Sequence record: PQ464595.1
Strand: one strand, 5' to 3'
Length of the DNA: 64,000 bases
The notes beneath the pieces were generated by a model. That model was not told the origin of the DNA, did not search any database, and saw only the letters and a program-made list of their open reading frames with translations. This document shows positions 58,314-64,000 of the stretch, piece after piece. Made by a program: the position numbers and the translations under genes. Within the stretch, counting starts at the first letter, position 1. Each line of letters opens with the position of its first letter.

Positions 58314-58853
58314 TTATGAGTGCCTTTCTTTTTGGTATACTATTGCTCTTGATTTCTGGAACTTACACTGATGTACTTCCAGCCATATAGCAGGATCAAT
58401 CACGTGCGAATTAGGACGTATCAATATAAGAGTATCAGTGTAAGTACTTAAAGCATATAACAGCTTTTGACGGTACGACTCTGGTACTAAATCAAATGCG
58501 TAACTACATATGATTACATCGTAACGCTTTTCGAAGATACAATTAAAATCGGCTATATCTTCAAAGGAATAAGGATAGCATACAAATCCAGTTTCCTCTG
58601 TATATCTATCATGCATGTACTTATCAGCACCTTCAATATCAGATACGCCACGGTGTTTAAGTAGATTGCTTACAAGGCCATTGCCACAAGCTAGATCCAG
58701 TACTGAAGCGTCTTCAGTGAAGTACTGATAGAACGAGTTCATTAAGCAATCATTGACATAATCCTGATGTGGATTCTCATATGTAGCTTGTGTATTAGGA
58801 TCTTGATAGTACTGTTGAACGCCAAGCGTTCGGTACTGTTCAGTTATTTTCAT
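58314..58853 (-). CDS. class I SAM-dependent methyltransferase
   Basis: VLDLACGNG motif I, GAD motif II, YDVIICSYAF. Confidence 0.85.
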   Translation of the reverse strand: MKITEQYRTLGVQQYYQDPNTQATYENPHQDYVNDCLMNSFYQYFTEDASVLDLACGNGLVSNLLKHRGVSDIEGADKYMHDRYTEETGFVCYPYSFEDIADFNCIFEKRYDVIICSYAFDLVPESYRQKLLYALSTYTDTLILIRPNSHVIDPAIWLEVHQCKFQKSRAIVYQKERHS

Positions 58854-58907
58854 ATAACCTCAAACGTAAAAAGGGAGCCATAGGCTCCCTTTGTGTTGGT
58901 TTGCGAA

Positions 58908-59582
58908 TTAACGCAGGATTTGAGCAACAATCTGGTTCAGAGTCAGGCTGCCGTTCTGACGAGCGAACTGGAACACCTGGTCTTTACGAACTGCGATTAC
59001 TTCTTCAACCTGAGCGTCAGAGTAGAAACGACGCAGTTGAGCTACCATCGCCTGAACACGTGCGTCAGACTCAATCAGCGAAGCTGCTTTGTCTTCAATC
59101 GCGGTACGCAGTGCTGCGTCGGTCAGGTCAGATACTACAGTGTCAGCAGCATCGGTACGAGCGGTACGGTTAGTACCGAACACGTCATTCGCTTCGGAAG
59201 CGGTAGAACGTGCCGCTGGACGAGTGGTAGAAGCACCACGACCGCCAGCCAGAGCCTGTTCCAGAATATCGGTCAGGGTGGTAGCAACGTCTTCGGCAGA
59301 CTTCGCAGAGCTTGCTTTGGTCACTTTTGCTTTCGCAGAACCGAACAGACCGGACAGCAGACCAGTTACGGCAGCAGCCGCTTCGGTGATGACGCCAGAT
59401 ACTGAGCCTACGGAATCCAGTACTTCGCCGAGTTCAGCCTGAGCTTCCAGAGCTTCAGCTTCGGTATCGAAATCCAGATCGATTTCTGCGTTTTCCAGAA
59501 CGATGGTCAGGGTAGAACCGTTAACAACGGCGAAAGCGAACAGAGCGGAATCGAACAGAGCGTTTTTGAATTGAACTTGCAT
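58908..59582 (-). CDS. hypothetical, probably highly expressed protein
   Basis: Strong codon bias, GAGGT RBS, Ala/Ser-rich linker. Confidence 0.8.
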   Translation of the reverse strand: MQVQFKNALFDSALFAFAVVNGSTLTIVLENAEIDLDFDTEAEALEAQAELGEVLDSVGSVSGVITEAAAAVTGLLSGLFGSAKAKVTKASSAKSAEDVATTLTDILEQALAGGRGASTTRPAARSTASEANDVFGTNRTARTDAADTVVSDLTDAALRTAIEDKAASLIESDARVQAMVAQLRRFYSDAQVEEVIAVRKDQVFQFARQNGSLTLNQIVAQILR

Positions 59583-59640
59583 GGTGTTACCTCTATGGTT
59601 TATTGAGTTTCTTTGTTACATTCATTGTACTACAAATTTT

Positions 59641-59765
59641 TGGCATACGCAACAGGAATTTCACCTGTATCCCCAGAACCCCTCGTGGGCGAACCAGAAT
59701 CCTATCTAATCTATTATATCCCTTCTTTGGACAATACGCAAGATTAAACATTAGACGATACGTAA
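59641..59765 (-). pseudogene. tRNA-like remnant
   Basis: Acceptor TTACGTA/TGCGTAT-G-CCA and T-arm ACAGG-TGAAATT-CCTGT; no proper anticodon arm; internal promoter. Confidence 0.35.
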
Positions 59766-59837
59766 TATCATGAAGATGGTCAAGCGTGTTGACCCCTGGC
59801 AGCAGCCAGCCGTAAGTCGTACTTTTCAATCTTCTAG

Positions 59838-59910
59838 TGGAGCTATGCGGATTTGAACCGCAGACCTACTACGTGCAAGGCAGTTGCTCTACCAACTGAG
59901 CTATAGCCCC
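59838..59910 (-). tRNA. tRNA-Ala(TGC)
   Basis: Cloverleaf GGGGCTA/TAGCTCC, anticodon loop CT-TGC-AC. Confidence 0.95.
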
Positions 59911-59991
59911 TTATCACGTCCTTACTTATACCGAGTCGGCTTTCGGGCAGACGTGATACACCCCGAAGCACATTGGCTTTGTATAAGTTTG

Positions 59992-60064
59992 ATGCGGGAG
60001 AGGGATTTGAACCCCCGACCTCCAGGTTATGAGCCTGGCAAGCTGACCGCTGCTCTACCCCGCA
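59992..60064 (-). tRNA. tRNA-Met(CAT), initiator-like
   Basis: TGCGGGG..AGCAG, anticodon arm CCAGG-CTCATAA-CCTGG. Confidence 0.9.
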
Positions 60065-60201
60065 TTTCCTATGTGATTATTATACCACATTTTTTTGAGC
60101 CGTTCCAATTTTTTTCAACATTTTTCAATTTCAGAATCAAGCGGCTATCTCTCAATTCATGCTAACATTATACCAGAATTTTTCTAGTCGTTCCAACTTT
60201 T

Positions 60202-60396
60202 TTACAACGCTAAGAAAAAACTTAACGCGGGTAAACCAATGAACAGTACGATTAAACCTAACCAAAATAACGTGTAGTATTTCAGTTTGAATTTTTTAGT
60301 ACCGTATTGCGGGGCAGCAATGCCAAAGTTAATGAAGAACAACAACCCTACTACCCAACAGATTACGCTGAACAGTACTGCTACAGTGATGTACAT
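60202..60396 (-). CDS. small membrane protein
   Basis: GGAG RBS before MYITVAV; two TMs. Confidence 0.6.
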   Translation of the reverse strand: MYITVAVLFSVICWVVGLLFFINFGIAAPQYGTKKFKLKYYTLFWLGLIVLFIGLPALSFFLAL

Positions 60397-60416
60397 TGTA
60401 CCATCTCCATCATTAG

Positions 60417-60489
60417 TGGTCAATACTGGATTCGAACCAGTGACAGCGACATTATGAGTATCGTGCTCTACCAACTGAGCTAATTGACC
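60417..60489 (-). tRNA. tRNA with CAT anticodon (elongator Met or Ile2)
   Basis: GGTCAAT/ATTGACC acceptor, CGATA-CTCATAA-TGTCG. Confidence 0.9.
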
Positions 60490-60683
60490 CTTGGATAATT
60501 TTGTACGTTGTGAGCTAGTGCTTTGATCTCACAACGTGCTTTGTTGATATTACTAACAGCACGATTTTGGTACTCATTAGTAACTGGTTGTACTGAGCTA
60601 TCAACAATTATATACTGCTGTAGCTCATGTTGTAAAGCCATTAATTCACTCTCAATCTGTACTAACCGTTCAGTACTGAGCAT
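60480..60683 (-). CDS. hypothetical coiled-coil protein
   Basis: GAGG RBS before MLSTERL. Confidence 0.6.
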   Translation of the reverse strand: MLSTERLVQIESELMALQHELQQYIIVDSSVQPVTNEYQNRAVSNINKARCEIKALAHNVQNYPRVN

Positions 60684-60757
60684 GATTTTATCCTCTCGCT
60701 TAAAACGTGTAAGCATTATTACACGTTGCCTCGCACTCGTCAAGGACTTTTTTAAGA

Positions 60758-60834
60758 TGGTGGGCTTTCAGGGATTCGAACCCTGGACCGTCACTTTAAG
60801 AGAGTGCTACTCTAACCTACTGAGTTAAAAGCCC
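60758..60834 (-). tRNA. tRNA-Lys(CTT)
   Basis: GGGCTTT/AAAGCCC-A-CCA, loop CT-CTT-AA. Confidence 0.93.
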
Positions 60835-61187
60835 ATATCCTTAACTGCTCTCGTTAAAATGTAATTGAAGCGACAGCAATCATAAAACGTTAGACCGAAC
60901 CTTTCTTCCTTCACTATATCACGATATTCTACGATGCTTAGTTTATCTTTTCCTGAATCATCTAAGTTCAGTAGTAGACCAAAATCAACAACGCATACTA
61001 GAATGTGAAGATCACCTTCATCATCATAATATCCAAGTCGTAGTAATGGTACTGGTGCATCTTCTGCGAAGTACATAACGTATGTAGTGCCGTTATAATC
61101 AATAGTACCATCTTCATAACGTAAGAAATGATGATAGTTAGTATCGAAGAACTTCGCTATATCCTTTAGTGAGTTAAGTTCGTTCAT
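60825..61187 (-). CDS. hypothetical protein
   Basis: AAGGA RBS before MNELNSL. Confidence 0.65.
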   Translation of the reverse strand: MNELNSLKDIAKFFDTNYHHFLRYEDGTIDYNGTTYVMYFAEDAPVPLLRLGYYDDEGDLHILVCVVDFGLLLNLDDSGKDKLSIVEYRDIVKEERFGLTFYDCCRFNYILTRAVKDMGF

Positions 61188-61219
61188 ATATATTTCCTTA
61201 TATATACAGTTCATTTTAG

Positions 61220-61296
61220 AGCGTGGAGAGGGATTTGAACCCCCGATTTTACGGATTTGCAATCCGTTCCAATTGACCAGACTCTGGCATCCACGC
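61220..61296 (-). tRNA. tRNA-Cys(GCA)
   Basis: GCGTGGA/TCCACGC-T, ACGGA-TTGCAAA-TCCGT. Confidence 0.93.
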
Positions 61297-61304
61297 TAGA
61301 TTCT

Positions 61305-61895
61305 TTATAAGTACAGGTGTACTTTTATATCAGGAGTAGCTTGTACAAGTGAACCAAACTCTTTACAGCGTTCTAATATCTCCCAAATGGCAATACATTC
61401 AGGTAATTCCAGTATTAAACCATCAGTGGTCATACGTTGGAAATGAGATTCTTCTGAATCTGGAAGTACCTTATATTCGGTATTTAATGTTGTCTGAAGT
61501 TCCTTGGTATTAAAAATAGTACCGTCAGGCCGCTGCTTAGCAACATATGAGAATCTTATCCAGTTGTTGTCAGCACCAGCATTTACCATACTGAACTTCC
61601 CATTGAGAAATCTAATAACTTCAACTTCTTGGTTATAAGAATTCTGTACTTTTCTATAACCACTACCACCAGGTACGGCAAAGTTATGATCAACATATTC
61701 TTCTTCAGTAACAGTACATCCTAGTACCATTTTGAAAATGAGTTCATTTGTAGCAATGATTCTAATTATCTTGAGTTCTTTAGTTCCAATAACTGTTCTT
61801 TCAGTATTAGAAAGCTCTCTTGATAATTCCATGTTAGGCATTTCACGAATGAAACGCCTAACAATGTTTGTTCTGTTTATTAACGAATCTTCCAT
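61305..61895 (-). CDS. hypothetical protein
   Basis: 196-aa ORF. Confidence 0.7.
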   Translation of the reverse strand: MEDSLINRTNIVRRFIREMPNMELSRELSNTERTVIGTKELKIIRIIATNELIFKMVLGCTVTEEEYVDHNFAVPGGSGYRKVQNSYNQEVEVIRFLNGKFSMVNAGADNNWIRFSYVAKQRPDGTIFNTKELQTTLNTEYKVLPDSEESHFQRMTTDGLILELPECIAIWEILERCKEFGSLVQATPDIKVHLYL

Positions 61896-62413
61896 TTAGA
61901 TTCTAAATCCTTTAATACAGCTTCCTTTATTTTACGAATATCAGTAAGACATTCAAATGGAAGTACATTATCATGTACTGTCATTTGTTGAAACCATTGT
62001 TCTTCAGTTTCATAGTAACGGTACTTTTTATAGGTAACATGTTTTTTAGGTTCACCAATTAATAATGTTAACTGGTTTCTAACCATAGATGCCATAACCG
62101 AACGAATAGAAGGATCAGTTTGTTCATCTAATGTTGAATTGAGAATTTCTGCATAATGAGCGTACTGTACTTTTCGTTGTTCATATTCAAGTTGTGATAA
62201 TGAATCGTTTAACGCATCACCATAAATGTCACGAACTTCAATTTCTGTATCAGTAATTCCTAAACAATATCCTTCATTAGAACTAAGGCGTATAGTTCCA
62301 TCTGGATCAATTTCGTATTGATACAAATCAAAAGATGTATTCAGCAATTCACCTAAACCAGAAAGTACTGCTATTGTAAATTCTTCATTATTAGTAACCG
62401 TAGTTTCTTCCAT
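61880..62413 (-). CDS. hypothetical protein (C-terminus resembles 61305-61895)
   Basis: EEQWFQQMT...LPFEC vs EESHFQRMT...ELPEC. Confidence 0.7.
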   Translation of the reverse strand: MEETTVTNNEEFTIAVLSGLGELLNTSFDLYQYEIDPDGTIRLSSNEGYCLGITDTEIEVRDIYGDALNDSLSQLEYEQRKVQYAHYAEILNSTLDEQTDPSIRSVMASMVRNQLTLLIGEPKKHVTYKKYRYYETEEQWFQQMTVHDNVLPFECLTDIRKIKEAVLKDLESKWKIR

Positions 62414-62458
62414 ATTGTACCTATAAAAATAGGGAGCAATTTGCTCCCTTCATAATCA

Positions 62459-62647
62459 TTAATTAGATTGGTTTTGACTTGGGTCTACTGGAGCATCAGG
62501 TTGAACAGCAGATTCGTCAGTACTTGGTGCGTCAATGCCATTAGGATCGGCAGGGATACCAACATCGAGAACTGAATTTTCAGGCTCTTTGTTGAGTGCG
62601 GCAAATACTGATTTGATCCAAGACCAAATTTTACTTAATAGATTCAT
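62459..62647 (-). CDS. small protein with amphipathic N-terminus and acidic tail
   Basis: AGGAG RBS. Confidence 0.6.
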   Translation of the reverse strand: MNLLSKIWSWIKSVFAALNKEPENSVLDVGIPADPNGIDAPSTDESAVQPDAPVDPSQNQSN

Positions 62648-62723
62648 GTAAGTACTCCTAAAATGAACAGAACTTTGTTCTGCTAATTATTTAATTCAAG
62701 AGTACTTACACAGAAGGTAAATT

Positions 62724-63302
62724 TTATTTTCCAGTTGTAACAGTTGTAACAGGAGGCACTTGTTCCTTCTTCATATGTACATTAACTGCTGGAACACAGC
62801 TTACGGATGTATCCCAAGTTACACTATTGGAAACCACGTAACAATTAGCATCCGGTTGTTCTACTTTTTTCATATAGTAAACATCTTTGCCCGAAGTACC
62901 GATAATCTGAAGCTTACCAGCATTAGGAGCCAGTTGAGGTGAATCATCTTCTGATTCCTCTTGCTGAACTTCTGCTGGTTCAGGTTCTTCCGGTTTAGCT
63001 ACTGGAGTATTCTCAGAACTGGTGCTTTGAACTTCCTTTTGCTCAACAACCGGAGCTTCGTCTACTGAAGTACTAGTTGTAGTACTTGTCGTAGGTGACG
63101 CATCAGACTGTTTCTCCGTACCAGATGTGGTAGGAGTATTAACCGCTGGAGCTTTCGCTTGTTCAGGTGTTTTAGTCGGTTTATCAGCAGCAGGTGATGA
63201 TACCGGAACATCTGAAGGAAACGGTTCACAACCGGATAGCAGTACTGAAGTTGTTGCTACTACGAGTGTCATAACTATTGCTAAACGTTTCATTATATAC
63301 AT
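62724..63302 (-). CDS. putative lipoprotein with low-complexity linker
   Basis: LLSGC lipobox, P/T/S/E-rich middle. Confidence 0.7.
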   Translation of the reverse strand: MYIMKRLAIVMTLVVATTSVLLSGCEPFPSDVPVSSPAADKPTKTPEQAKAPAVNTPTTSGTEKQSDASPTTSTTTSTSVDEAPVVEQKEVQSTSSENTPVAKPEEPEPAEVQQEESEDDSPQLAPNAGKLQIIGTSGKDVYYMKKVEQPDANCYVVSNSVTWDTSVSCVPAVNVHMKKEQVPPVTTVTTGK

Positions 63303-63504
63303 ATACCCTGTTAGTGTTTGTAATCACCTGGTACTTCTTACATTTCACCTAAGTAGCGAGCTACAATATAGTAATCTGGAGTTTCTTCAGGTAAATCTTT
63401 ATTACATTCAGTTACAGCAGCATTGGCTTCTTCAATGGTATCAAAACCACGATGCCAAATTTCACCCCAACCACGTTCTGATTCAATATACTTAACGATG
63501 TGTT

Positions 63505-63939
63505 TCATACAATATCCTTCATAAAGTCAAACCATTTAAGATGTTTACTAAGAACACTTGTTCGTTGATCATCACTATCACGTTCAACCGCAGGTATTAT
63601 TTCTTCATCATAATTTCCGTCTTTAACTAATTCAATAAAAATTGAACCTTCATCATAACCAATGATAAGTTCTTGGTTATCATAATCGGATGGCAATTTT
63701 TTGTTCAGTTTATTTTTCATAAAACATGAAGATAAACTTAAAGCTTTTTTAAAATTTTCATATGATTTTTCACTTTTAAAATCATCACGATGAATTAATG
63801 ATTCATCGGCAACATTAAAATATCGCTGCTCAGCACCTGTTACTTTGTGTACAGGTTTATCCCAGCGACTGTACATAACTATTGTTAATTGTTTAATATC
63901 AACAACAGAGTCGTCATCTTCAAAGCTAAATCCCCACAA
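63505..63939 (-). CDS. hypothetical protein (may start outside the window)
   Basis: ORF on the coding strand. Confidence 0.6.
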   Translation of the reverse strand: MWGFSFEDDDSVVDIKQLTIVMYSRWDKPVHKVTGAEQRYFNVADESLIHRDDFKSEKSYENFKKALSLSSCFMKNKLNKKLPSDYDNQELIIGYDEGSIFIELVKDGNYDEEIIPAVERDSDDQRTSVLSKHLKWFDFMKDIV

Positions 63940-64000
63940 TCCAGTGTACGGATTACGTTCAATTCGTGATACGGTATTGCATAGATTTCCACTTTTGAAT

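Noticed and set aside
58893-59442. Overlapping plus-strand ORFs
   Set aside because: Antisense shadows caused by the strong codon bias of 58908-59582.
59593-60165. ORFs 59593-59829(-) and 59884-60165(+)
   Set aside because: They overlap tRNA genes and the tRNA-like element and have no RBS.

Overview
AT-rich, gene-dense window with no rRNA or host housekeeping genes. It reads as part of a jumbo myovirus genome infecting Enterobacterales; GAP32/RAK2/121Q/CBB-like affinity is my inference from gene content and was not searched. Layout: (i) 1-17.3 kb: minus-strand early/host-takeover region of small genes, almost each with its own consensus sigma70 promoter. It includes DUF932, SPFH, a protein-kinase-like protein and an H-NS/MvaT-like protein, interspersed with ten copies of a promoter-driven ~45-nt two-hairpin RNA motif that shows compensatory base changes. 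(ii) 17.4-18.6 kb: non-coding, iteron-like strand-switch region, possibly a genome end or terminal-repeat boundary. (iii) 18.6-27.1 kb: plus-strand array of eight genes sharing only an N-terminal MLPFPxxxxYG peptide fused to beta-propeller or beta-sandwich-like bodies. (iv) 27-64 kb: minus-strand accessory region with membrane-protein and helical-repeat paralog families, two AAA+ ATPases, two HNH proteins, denV, a TraR/DksA protein, a sigma70-family factor, an XRE HTH, a SAM methyltransferase, five tRNAs and two long structured intergenic tracts (~530 and ~950 nt) that look like large ncRNAs. The palindrome AGTACT is heavily over-represented throughout. All counts, alignments and folds were made by eye.
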